Assembly: GCA_964344235.1 (NCBI GenBank)
Contig: CAYFMJ010000005.1
Span: 1-45,797, forward strand
Direction of reading: 5' to 3'
Source of the DNA: an uncultured Methanosarcinales archaeon
Lineage (GTDB): Archaea > Nanobdellota > Nanobdellia > Woesearchaeales > GW2011-AR9
Length of the DNA stretch: 45,797 nucleotides
Shown here: in pieces, positions 7,825 to 16,211 of the stretch
How the letters are laid out: each line of letters starts with the position of its first letter
Numbering within the stretch: position 1 is the first letter of the stretch
Notes under the pieces: generated by a model
Databases searched by the model: none
Told to the model about the DNA's origin: nothing
What the model saw: only the letters and a program-made list of their open reading frames with translations
Translations under genes and position numbers: made by a program

Positions 7825-9824
7825 AATCGTCCCCCTAAATATTTTACTGCTTGCCCGATCCTTTCAGTAACATTACCACCAAATTTCTTGAAACCCATTT
7901 TAATGCCAAGCCATAATGTGTATGATACAATCGCAAAGCAGGCAGTCATCACCAAAATTTTGATGTTGGCAAAGAATGTGATTTCTAAAATCTGTGAACA
8001 AGCTAAGATGATAAGCATATCAAGAAACGTGATAAAAATCATCATGCCAAGTAAATGGAAAATGAATTGGCCGTAACCTCTTAACGGAGGGACAAAGTAG
8101 CAGAATATTCCAATGGGAAAAATGACAACTCCAACTGTAACAATAATATAGCGGATGATAAGAAGTAAAGTTGTGGTTAAAAGTACAAGAACATAGGGGA
8201 TTGTAAAGACAATTTGTAGTAGAATATTTGGGAGGTTATCCATTGTAAGCAAAAAGAATGTAGGATCAATAAATCCCAAAATGGAAGAAGTCATATTATT
8301 ACCTAATGAGATTAATAACTCGTACATGTAAAACGAGCCCTGAATCAAAACTATCATAATAAACGCATCTCTAAGTACGTTCTTTGCCTGTACCCTTTTG
8401 ATAGGATTGCCTGAGGATGTCAAAAACGTGAATCCAGCGTACAAAAAGAAAAATATGTAGAAGAAGCTTAGGATGTATCTCACGATTGACCACAGTCCAT
8501 GAAACAGCTGTATGGCTGTATCAGCAGTAAAGAGTTCTTTGATCCATAATAGTAATGGGATGAGAGGAGCGTTAAGGATGCCAAGAATGATGTTGTAAAT
8601 AAGATTTGGTAAGCAACTCCCAAGATTTGAAATGCCACAGTCATCATCTTCTTCTGGTTCTGCTAAGGCCATTGGTAATAGAAGTAAGATAAAAAGTAAA
8701 AGCAAGAATTTTTTACCTTGCGATTTAATGATTTTGAAGATTACGTACATTAGAAAGAGAACGAGTAGAATGTAAATGAAAATGCTCAGATCAATTGTTT
8801 TTTCTTCTAACTCTAGTGGTTTGTGTTCTTGTGTTTGTTCTATCAAAGAACAATCATCTTCTATTGAATAGAAATAGTTAGATGCTTTGTATGTACATTC
8901 TGTTCCATTTTTTACATAGAATTCATTATCATCAACAACAATGTTATGTATTGTAGTAAAGTTATTATTGTTTGTTTTGAGAGTTGCAACATGAAACTCA
9001 TCGAACATTACTGAATAGGTTTGCTGCTGCTTAGTGATTGATGAATTAGGAAATTCAATATGCAGCTTAGTAAAATAATTAGCAGTGAACTTCCCTTTTG
9101 TAGTAGAATCATACATATCAAGAATTTCAACTTCTATACTTGGTTGCGTATCATACAAAACAACATCTTTACTTTCTTGTAATGTAATAGAATCACTATC
9201 ATAACTATTGTAAGAAAAATCGCACGTATATTTCCATTTACCCCACTGCTTATATTTCTTCCAGTGGTAATGTTTCTGCTTAACATTTACGCTAATATCT
9301 AATTGTGAAATAATGGTTCCAGAAGATTCAATGTAGAGTAGATCGCTGTTGATTATATTACCATTAACAATATAATTTAGCACTGCGTTATTGCTTTGTA
9401 ATGAGTATGTTCTTTTACAATCGCCGTTACTGTTCTGCGGATACGAGCTAGCGTAGTAATTTGAAGGTAGCTGCACATCATAATCATAATGACTTAATGC
9501 TTGCACGGCTGGAGGAACTAAGAGGCCAGTATCATACACAGATGGTGAAAGTTCTGAAAACAATAGCCACGCGTTCTTGATGTACTTACTGTTGCTGCTT
9601 TCAGGTGTAGGAGAAATGTCTACATCCTTATTATATTCTTCGATGACATCATGTTTAGGTATGGAAGATTCAGGATAAAATAATGCTGAGTAAATCTCAT
9701 TTTTATTTTCTATATCTGAATTTTGAATTTCAAGACAATATTCTGTATTTTTTACATTACTACAATCAAACGCAGTAGCTAGTGGGATTAAGAAAAGAAA
9801 AAAAAGAAAAATTGCCCATTTCAT
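7821..9824 (-). CDS. Secreted ectodomain fused to VirB6/TrbL-like polytopic membrane protein
   Basis: N-terminal signal peptide, Asn/Ser/Tyr-rich ectodomain, then multiple TM helices including YAGFTFLTSSGNPIKRVQAK. Lies between the pilin and virB4. Confidence 0.7.
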   Translation of the reverse strand: MKWAIFLFFLFLIPLATAFDCSNVKNTEYCLEIQNSDIENKNEIYSALFYPESSIPKHDVIEEYNKDVDISPTPESSNSKYIKNAWLLFSELSPSVYDTGLLVPPAVQALSHYDYDVQLPSNYYASSYPQNSNGDCKRTYSLQSNNAVLNYIVNGNIINSDLLYIESSGTIISQLDISVNVKQKHYHWKKYKQWGKWKYTCDFSYNSYDSDSITLQESKDVVLYDTQPSIEVEILDMYDSTTKGKFTANYFTKLHIEFPNSSITKQQQTYSVMFDEFHVATLKTNNNNFTTIHNIVVDDNEFYVKNGTECTYKASNYFYSIEDDCSLIEQTQEHKPLELEEKTIDLSIFIYILLVLFLMYVIFKIIKSQGKKFLLLLFILLLLPMALAEPEEDDDCGISNLGSCLPNLIYNIILGILNAPLIPLLLWIKELFTADTAIQLFHGLWSIVRYILSFFYIFFFLYAGFTFLTSSGNPIKRVQAKNVLRDAFIMIVLIQGSFYMYELLISLGNNMTSSILGFIDPTFFLLTMDNLPNILLQIVFTIPYVLVLLTTTLLLIIRYIIVTVGVVIFPIGIFCYFVPPLRGYGQFIFHLLGMMIFITFLDMLIILACSQILEITFFANIKILVMTACFAIVSYTLWLGIKMGFKKFGGNVTERIGQAVKYLGGRL

Positions 9825-10144
9825 GAGAACACCAACTGGACAATCAACGGAGCTACCCAGATGACGATAAGTCCAATCACGACCCCAACACCCATATTCT
9901 TGGCTTTATCTTTCTTGAACTTATCTCCACCAGATGTCAAAAAAGTCACACCAGCAAACACTAACACCAATACGCCAATAACAGTCGCGGAATATTTGAT
10001 GACATTATAGATTTTCAATACTGGTGTAAGGATGTCATCCACTTGATCCTTTTCTTCAGCTGTTAATTCCTGATCAAAATCTATTTCCGCTATTGCGAGC
10101 GGAAGTAGAAGAAACAGCATAACTAACCCAAATAGTTCCTTCAT
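9821..10144 (-). CDS. VirB2/TrbC-like T4SS pilin
   Basis: Signal peptide, then two hydrophobic helices flanking FAGVTFLTSGGDKFKKDKAK; GGAGGTGA SD. Confidence 0.75.
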   Translation of the reverse strand: MKELFGLVMLFLLLPLAIAEIDFDQELTAEEKDQVDDILTPVLKIYNVIKYSATVIGVLVLVFAGVTFLTSGGDKFKKDKAKNMGVGVVIGLIVIWVAPLIVQLVFS

Positions 10145-10347
10145 TTACGTTCACCTCCAAAGTTTTCTCGAAAAACAGATGTAAGAAGAGAAGGCCCTTC
10201 CTTTTGATTTTCATGCTTAGAAGGAGCAATCCTTCGTTTTCTCTCTGTAACTAATCTATAAATCAAAATAACAACAAGAATGATTTCCGTGAGAAATATT
10301 GAGATTATCACACCCGAAAATAAACCGAAGAGAAAATCTTCAATCAT
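10141..10347 (-). CDS. Small single-TM protein (68 aa)
   Basis: Hydrophobic N-terminus; ATGA-coupled on both sides. Confidence 0.7.
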   Translation of the reverse strand: MIEDFLFGLFSGVIISIFLTEIILVVILIYRLVTERKRRIAPSKHENQKEGPSLLTSVFRENFGGERK

Positions 10348-10481
10348 TGTGAAGCCTCCTGCTCAGCATAAGATTCAGCCAGAGCATCTGGATTAACTCC
10401 TGGATGTTTCCATCGCAAAAAGTCTCGACAGGTTCTACAGAGTGTCCTCTTTAGTTCAATATTACATAATATACACTTCAT
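10344..10481 (-). CDS. 45-aa zinc-finger microprotein (not in ORF track)
   Basis: Hand translation MKCILCNIELKRTLCRTCRDFLRWKHPGVNPDALAESYAEQEASQ; GGAGGG SD; its TGA overlaps the next ATG. Confidence 0.7.
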   Translation of the reverse strand: MKCILCNIELKRTLCRTCRDFLRWKHPGVNPDALAESYAEQEASQ

Positions 10482-10545
10482 TACAATCCCTCCATGTGGT
10501 TGAATGAAGCGGCCACTTCACAACAATAATAGTGGTAAAAAGAGT

Positions 10546-10577
10546 TTATATAGTTTGTATGGCACTTGTCATGACAC
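10546..10577 (-). promoter_or_regulatory. 32-bp direct repeat copy 1 (TGTCATGACA palindrome plus TATA box)
   Basis: TTATATAGTTTGTATGGCACTTGTCATGACAC; 2 mismatches to 11866-11897; heads the T4SS-like operon. Confidence 0.75.
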
Positions 10578-11380
10578 TATCTAGAAACCTCAATTTGCAT
10601 CGGCATTTGTAACATTTTCATTTTTTCCAATTCTAATTTAGTCCTCTCCACTTCAAGTCTCAACCTTTCCAAGTTCTCATTTAACGGGGGTTGAGGTGTA
10701 ATCTTTTGCTGAAAGTTTGGTTTAAATTCCATCAATGGCCCATCAAAAGCATTTTCAACCGCTTTAACTTGTTGTGTACCATTAATCCGAGCATAGATTT
10801 GTGTTGTCGTAACTTGATTGTGTCCCAATAAATTCGAAATAGTATAAATGTCAACACCTTTACCATGCAAATAGGTTGCATAGGAATGTCTTAATGTATG
10901 AAAGTAATACTTGTATTTTGTTTTCACGATTCCCTTGCGTGGGCCTTTCTTTTCAGTGAATGTATACAAAGGGATTAACAAGTTAGCTCGCTTAAGAGAT
11001 TCTCTAAATTGTTCATACAAGCTTTTCTTTCTCATGTGGTTGTCGGGAGAATTCATTGAAGGAACAAACCATTTACTATCACTTCCAATTATTTCAATCC
11101 ACTTTTTAATTGGATTAATTGCCTTCTGTGGGATCGGAACGTATCGATCTTTACCATAGCCATCTCGTTCACGGCATCTCCACTTAGAATCAACAACTTT
11201 AATTCTCCGACTCACTAAATCAACATCTTCAACCTTCAATCGGCAAACTTCGTTAATTCTTAAACCACAAAAAAAACCAACAAATGCTGCAATTCCAGCT
11301 TTTGGTCTTTCTATTGTATCAAACAGAGTTACTAACTGACTTGTGCTAAAAGCACTTGGTAATTTATTTTTCGAACCCAT
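10577..11380 (-). CDS. Tyrosine recombinase / integrase
   Basis: GLRINE (catalytic R), HTLRHSYAT (HxxR) and LLGHNQVTTTQIY (H/W and Tyr). Confidence 0.95.
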   Translation of the reverse strand: MGSKNKLPSAFSTSQLVTLFDTIERPKAGIAAFVGFFCGLRINEVCRLKVEDVDLVSRRIKVVDSKWRCRERDGYGKDRYVPIPQKAINPIKKWIEIIGSDSKWFVPSMNSPDNHMRKKSLYEQFRESLKRANLLIPLYTFTEKKGPRKGIVKTKYKYYFHTLRHSYATYLHGKGVDIYTISNLLGHNQVTTTQIYARINGTQQVKAVENAFDGPLMEFKPNFQQKITPQPPLNENLERLRLEVERTKLELEKMKMLQMPMQIEVSR

Positions 11381-11383
11381 TAT

Positions 11384-11830
11384 CTATAACCCCCTCATTA
11401 TTGTTCTTATCTCTTCCATCATCAACAAGCCTATGTTACTTTGCTTTACCCGTTTACGATTCGCGCTAATCTCAAGAGCTTTCTTTTGACTAATCTGCCC
11501 TTTCTCTAATTTTTCTTTAATATCAGAAGGGACACGTGTAGCCAAAAACCAGCGATAAGTAGTTGATGGGTTTAAGTCTAGTTTTAACAGTAAATCATAC
11601 AGAATTCGTTCTGCTTCTGTCAAATCCTTTACCCTTGTTAGATTTGTTTTAACACTCCTTCTCCCATAATGTAGTTTGCCCTCATAATATCTACGGCAAT
11701 GAGAGAGCATTCTTATTATCCTATCACCTTCGACCTCTGGTAAAATCACTTTGATGTGCTGTTTTATCTCATATACCCTATCAAAGATACTACGTTTCTT
11801 ACCATTGTGCCTTATTTTCCGATTAATCAT
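11384..11830 (-). CDS. Putative DNA-binding protein with ParB/KorB-like helical C-terminal segment
   Basis: VPSDIKEKLEKGQISQKKALEI resembles the post-HTH helices of ParB. ATG 11830 fits the TATA spacing better than 11851. Confidence 0.65.
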   Translation of the reverse strand: MINRKIRHNGKKRSIFDRVYEIKQHIKVILPEVEGDRIIRMLSHCRRYYEGKLHYGRRSVKTNLTRVKDLTEAERILYDLLLKLDLNPSTTYRWFLATRVPSDIKEKLEKGQISQKKALEISANRKRVKQSNIGLLMMEEIRTIMRGL

Positions 11831-11865
11831 GTCACGTGTCCCATATACCATATAGATTTCACCCG

Positions 11866-11897
11866 TTATATACTTTGTATGGCATTTGTCATGACAC
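11866..11897 (-). promoter_or_regulatory. 32-bp direct repeat copy 2 (palindrome plus TATA box)
   Basis: TTATATACTTTGTATGGCATTTGTCATGACAC; heads the DNA-binding protein/integrase operon. Confidence 0.75.
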
Positions 11898-12088
11898 GGA
11901 CAAATTTAGAATTAGCTTCAATGATTGACGTGCAAGAGCCCCGTAACAATACCACTCAAAACCCCCAAAACGAGTGCAACTACATAAACTACAAACATAC
12001 CACTTTGAGCCGAACCTCATTGAAAAACATAATGGCGATATAAACCGATAGCTAGAATCGTCCCTGAAGAGTGAAGAAAACAGAAAGC

Positions 12089-12096
12089 TTTATAAA
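12089..12096 (+). promoter_or_regulatory. Archaeal TATA box of the GGDEF gene (leaderless)
   Basis: AGAAAGC-TTTATAAA, 23 nt before ATG 12120. Confidence 0.6.
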
Positions 12097-12119
12097 CCGC
12101 CCCAAAGATTAGTCCCATT

Positions 12120-13028
12120 ATGACTTGGACCCCAGAAGATTTAGAGCAGTTTCACGCAAGGCTCGCTAAAGTCCTTCCCAACAGAGGATATGACAGAACC
12201 AAAGAGGCACTAGATGTAGTTCTTGGTGCACATTTCTCCTACAACTACGGAGACATTCTTGATCCAAGAGCAGTGAGGATGTACATGGAAGGTAGCTCTG
12301 TTGAAGCACGCCAAAGTTTGCAAATGGGGAAGCCATTTGAACACGCAGGATCGTTACATTACCCCCTAGGAACAAGCGAAAACCCAAGCCTTGGTCTACT
12401 AATAATTAGAGAAGAAGCTGCAAGAGAAGTTTCTGAAACAACCTTAGGCACAATTAGGGACATTATGACAGAGCGATTATACTCTGCAACACGCATTGAA
12501 GTAGCCCGTTACGATCCATTAACGAAATTGTTCAATAGAAGTGAGTTTCAAGAAAGAACACAAGCACATTTAACGAAAGCCTTAAGGAGAGGTGAATACC
12601 TAACAATCCTCCTAGCAGACTTAGATCACTTTAAAAGAATTAATGATTGCGAAGGCCACGAGGCAGGCGATGCAGTATTAAGAGAGGTCTCTAGAAGGAT
12701 TCTAGGTTTATCGAGTACAGAGGTCACAGCTGGCCGTCATGGGGGAGAGGAATTAGTGGTCTCCATAAGGCACAAAGCCGCAAATGAAGGCGTGGAAAAA
12801 GCCATAGAGATATATCAAGCGATTAGGAGCCAGCCAGTGACATATGATAGAGGCGAGAACAAAGAACCCAAGCCAATTAAAGTTACTGCGAGCATAGGGT
12901 TAGCTTCGGCACCAAAAGATGCAAGGAAAGTTGCAGATCTATTAAGATTAGCTGATGAAGCAATGTACCGAGCAAAGGAAGACGGTAGAGACAGAATATA
13001 TGACCAAATAGGCCTCATTGAGCTATAA
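12120..13028 (+). CDS. GGDEF-domain (diguanylate cyclase-like) protein
   Basis: YDPLTKLFNR, LADLDHFKRIND..GHEAGD, RHGGEEL, VTASIG and ADEAMYRAKEDGRDR. Confidence 0.92.
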   Translation: MTWTPEDLEQFHARLAKVLPNRGYDRTKEALDVVLGAHFSYNYGDILDPRAVRMYMEGSSVEARQSLQMGKPFEHAGSLHYPLGTSENPSLGLLIIREEAAREVSETTLGTIRDIMTERLYSATRIEVARYDPLTKLFNRSEFQERTQAHLTKALRRGEYLTILLADLDHFKRINDCEGHEAGDAVLREVSRRILGLSSTEVTAGRHGGEELVVSIRHKAANEGVEKAIEIYQAIRSQPVTYDRGENKEPKPIKVTASIGLASAPKDARKVADLLRLADEAMYRAKEDGRDRIYDQIGLIEL

Positions 13029-13079
13029 GATAAATAAACAATTAATTTTATATACGGTAATTCTATCCCTAGCACTGAG

Positions 13080-14789
13080 ATGGCAGGTGTTACAGGAAAC
13101 TTATTTTTAGAGATAGGTATTGTTTTTATCATCGCTGCAGTCGCCGCATACGTTCTACGCCTCATCCGACAACCACAAATTCTCGCGTATGTTATCGTCG
13201 GTGTTCTCATCACGCCGGTATTTCAACTTGTAACAGACACGAGCGTTATCGAATCAATGTCAGTTGTTGGAATCGCTTTCTTATTATTCATCGTTGGGTT
13301 GGAGATGGACTTAAAATCACTGAGAAGCGTTACACTGGTTTCATCATTAGGTGGAGCTATCCAAATTATTGTCCTCTTCGTGACAGGTTATTTTGTTGCA
13401 CTCCTGCTTGGCTTCCTCAGTTTGGAAGCCGCCTATATTGGGTTAATATTGGCGTTCTCATCAACAATGGTTGTCATGAAACTTCTCTCCGACAAACGAG
13501 AGCTACAAACATTACATGGGAGAATCGCACTTGGTATATTATTAGTACAAGACATCGTTGCTATTCTTGCCCTCTCTATCCTCACATCAATTAACGGCTT
13601 TGGTTGGGAACTCCTTGGGATTGCTTTGTTAAAATTCCTTGGCCTCTTTGCACTGGCATACCTAACAAGTAGATTTATTTTTCCCCGAATCTTCAAGTTC
13701 GCTGCACGAAACCAAGAGCTTCTTCTTGTTACATCATTAGCAGTATGTTTCATCTTCTCATTAGCATTCCACTATTTAGAATTCTCTGTTGCAATTGGCG
13801 CGTTCGTTGCAGGGGTTGCCTTAGGTAACTTGGAATACAACATTGAAATCATCGGCAAGATGAAAAGTCTTAAAGACTTCTTCGCACTGCTGTTTTTCGT
13901 CTCTCTAGGGATGGGCTTGTCCATAGGGGTTGTCAAAGACATGTGGCTCCCCCTGTTAATCCTCTTTGGCATTGTAATGATTTTCAAACCTCTCATCATC
14001 ATGACAATTTGTTCACTACTCAAATACACAAAGAAACCATCATTCATGACCGCAAACGCCCTCGCACAAGTAGGGGAGTTTTCATTGATTCTTGCTGCAC
14101 AAGGGCTAGTGTTGGGACACATTTCACAAGAACTCTTTTCATTAACAGTTATTTTAACACTTAGTAGTATAACATTAACATCGTACTACATAGAATATAA
14201 TGGTTTTCTCTTCAAGCTCTTAAAGAAACCACTAAAAGTATTTGACATTTTCACAACTGAAGGTCTAGAATTTTTACCAACAGAAACAAAACCAAAAATT
14301 GTTCTGTGTGGCCACAATCGAATTGGTTATAGTATCCTGCGAGACTTAACACAAATCAAAAAGAAAGTCCTCGTTGTTGATTACAACCCAGAGATTATCA
14401 CTAAAGTTGTTAAAGAGGGGTACCACTCAATTTATGGAGAAGTAACAGATGAAGAAATTATTGAACACATGAATCTCCCAAATATCTCCATGTTAATCTC
14501 TACTGTTCCTGAAAAGCGCGATAACATTTTCTTAATCAGAAAGACCCGGGAGAGGAACAGTAAAGCAAAAATCATCGTAACCGCAAATGACATCGAAGAA
14601 GCACTCGATCTGTATGATCAGGGAGCTGATTACGTCGTGCTACCTCATTTCTTGGGCGGGGAGCACGTTTCCCACCTCATCACTAAAGTCAGAAAACGAA
14701 AAGTAAATCTACGTGAAGAGAAAAAACACCACATATTCCATCTTAAAAAACGGAAAGAACACGGCCATAAACACCCAGTACATGCTTGA
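13080..14789 (+). CDS. CPA2 cation:proton antiporter with C-terminal TrkA-N/RCK domain (Kef-like)
   Basis: About 13 TM helices, GILLVQD, LGQ/VGEFS-type motif, and Rossmann IVLCGHNRIG. Confidence 0.9.
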   Translation: MAGVTGNLFLEIGIVFIIAAVAAYVLRLIRQPQILAYVIVGVLITPVFQLVTDTSVIESMSVVGIAFLLFIVGLEMDLKSLRSVTLVSSLGGAIQIIVLFVTGYFVALLLGFLSLEAAYIGLILAFSSTMVVMKLLSDKRELQTLHGRIALGILLVQDIVAILALSILTSINGFGWELLGIALLKFLGLFALAYLTSRFIFPRIFKFAARNQELLLVTSLAVCFIFSLAFHYLEFSVAIGAFVAGVALGNLEYNIEIIGKMKSLKDFFALLFFVSLGMGLSIGVVKDMWLPLLILFGIVMIFKPLIIMTICSLLKYTKKPSFMTANALAQVGEFSLILAAQGLVLGHISQELFSLTVILTLSSITLTSYYIEYNGFLFKLLKKPLKVFDIFTTEGLEFLPTETKPKIVLCGHNRIGYSILRDLTQIKKKVLVVDYNPEIITKVVKEGYHSIYGEVTDEEIIEHMNLPNISMLISTVPEKRDNIFLIRKTRERNSKAKIIVTANDIEEALDLYDQGADYVVLPHFLGGEHVSHLITKVRKRKVNLREEKKHHIFHLKKRKEHGHKHPVHA

Positions 14790-14855
14790 TTCTCCACAAC
14801 TCAAAACCATAACGCCAAGAAACATTAATAAAACAACCCCTCTATTCTTATTTCC

Positions 14856-15863
14856 ATGAATTTTCAAAAGATTCCACCCGTTGAACTTAGTAAACACACC
14901 TTAGAAGTAGCGTTTCGTAAAGCGAGGGAGAAAAGTAATGCTAAAAAGATTCGTGGGGACCCAATTCACGTTGCTAAAAAAAAAGCAAGCATCAAAGTTG
15001 ATGTTGTAAAAGATTCTATTAACCAACGGTTAGACAAAATTCTGAAAGCTTTTCCCGAAACAATGAAACTTTCTTTATTCTACGTACAGCTCATCAAATT
15101 AACAATTGACTTCAAAGAATTCAAGCAAGCATTTGGTGCCATTAATTGGGCAATTAAAAAAAACATTACACTCCAAAAAGAATATGCTCGTAAAATCATG
15201 CGAGCAAAAGATGTCCCACAGATTAAGCTTTTTACAAAACAATACTACGGGAGGATCTCCTCTGTTGTAAAACAAATTGATGGTAAACTCAAATTTCTAG
15301 AAAAATCACGAAGAATCCTTCGAACATACCCAGACATAAAAGATCTTTTCACCATTTGCATCTACGGCTTTCCAAATGTTGGTAAGTCAACTCTCCTAAA
15401 CAAAATCACCGGAACCAAAGCTAAAACAGCTGCGTATGCATTCACCACAAAATCAATCAACGCCGGGTACGCCACAATCAACAAACATAAAGTACAATTT
15501 CTTGACGTTCCTGGAACTCTCGCGAGAGTCGAGAAAATGAACAACATCGAATTGCAGGCAGAACTAGTGATGAAAGAACTTGCAGATGTAATTATTTACG
15601 TCTTCGATCTCAGTGGATATTGTGGTTATTCCGTAAAAAAACAGGAACAATTGCTCCAGAAAATTGGAAAAAAGAAAAAAACATTCATCGTGCTTAGTAA
15701 ACAAGACATTCTCACATCCGAACAAATCAAAGAATTCCCACACAAACACCATTCTTTCAAAGAAATCAAAGAACAGATCTCTCCATTATTAGAAGCATTC
15801 GCGAAAGACAAAGCAGAAAGAGACGCCGCGAGAGAAGCAGAGCGAAGATCCAAGCAACCCTAA
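14856..15863 (+). CDS. NOG1-family GTP-binding protein
   Basis: GFPNVGKST, AFTTKS, DVPG and SKQD motifs after a helical N-terminal domain. Confidence 0.9.
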   Translation: MNFQKIPPVELSKHTLEVAFRKAREKSNAKKIRGDPIHVAKKKASIKVDVVKDSINQRLDKILKAFPETMKLSLFYVQLIKLTIDFKEFKQAFGAINWAIKKNITLQKEYARKIMRAKDVPQIKLFTKQYYGRISSVVKQIDGKLKFLEKSRRILRTYPDIKDLFTICIYGFPNVGKSTLLNKITGTKAKTAAYAFTTKSINAGYATINKHKVQFLDVPGTLARVEKMNNIELQAELVMKELADVIIYVFDLSGYCGYSVKKQEQLLQKIGKKKKTFIVLSKQDILTSEQIKEFPHKHHSFKEIKEQISPLLEAFAKDKAERDAAREAERRSKQP

Positions 15864-15938
15864 TTTTTTACAAAACAGAGTTTCACAATTGTTCAACTCA
15901 GAAACTTTATAAACCCCAAAGCTATTCCCATCACATCC

Positions 15939-16211
15939 ATGGAACTACAAGAGGAGAAGCTATCCAGAGCAATCAGTGCATACTCTAGACGGCAGATTCT
16001 TCGACTTCTCGCAAACCAAGAGTTAACCGTAAATGAGATTGCAAAACAGACAAATATGTCCAAATCGCTTGCTTCTCGCCATTTAAAACTTCTTTACGAT
16101 TTAGGTTTTCTCTCAGCACGCAAAGAATTTCCTCACAAATACTACACACTCAAGATCAAAGAATTGAGTGCGTTGTTAGAATTATACGACAAGGTGATCA
16201 CGAAACTATGA
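15939..16211 (+). CDS. ArsR-family HTH regulator
   Basis: SRRQILRLL...ELTVNEIAKQTNMSKSLASRHLKLL; TTTATAAA box 25 nt upstream. Confidence 0.85.
   Translation: MELQEEKLSRAISAYSRRQILRLLANQELTVNEIAKQTNMSKSLASRHLKLLYDLGFLSARKEFPHKYYTLKIKELSALLELYDKVITKL

Larger units (their letters stand above)
3320..11897 (-). mobile_element. Integrative element with tyrosine integrase, serine recombinase and minimal T4SS-like (VirB2/VirB6/PrgI-VirB4) module
   Basis: Co-oriented, ATGA-coupled, SD-led genes; two recombinases; repeat arrays at both ends. Boundaries are inferred from the repeats, not from att sites. Confidence 0.8.

Noticed and set aside
7821-11380. Integrated pleolipovirus-like provirus (spike + ATPase + integrase)
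   Set aside because: The PrgI-like domain, VirB4 motifs and VirB2-like pilin fit a T4SS-type module better; no replication protein was recognised.
11756-12043. 95-aa plus-strand ORF
   Set aside because: It overlaps an opposite-strand gene and its promoter repeat, starts at a non-ATG codon and has no motif.
12120-13028. Bacterial contamination as the source of the GGDEF gene
   Set aside because: It has an archaeal TATA box at leaderless spacing and is contiguous with archaeal genes. This is not fully excluded without reads.
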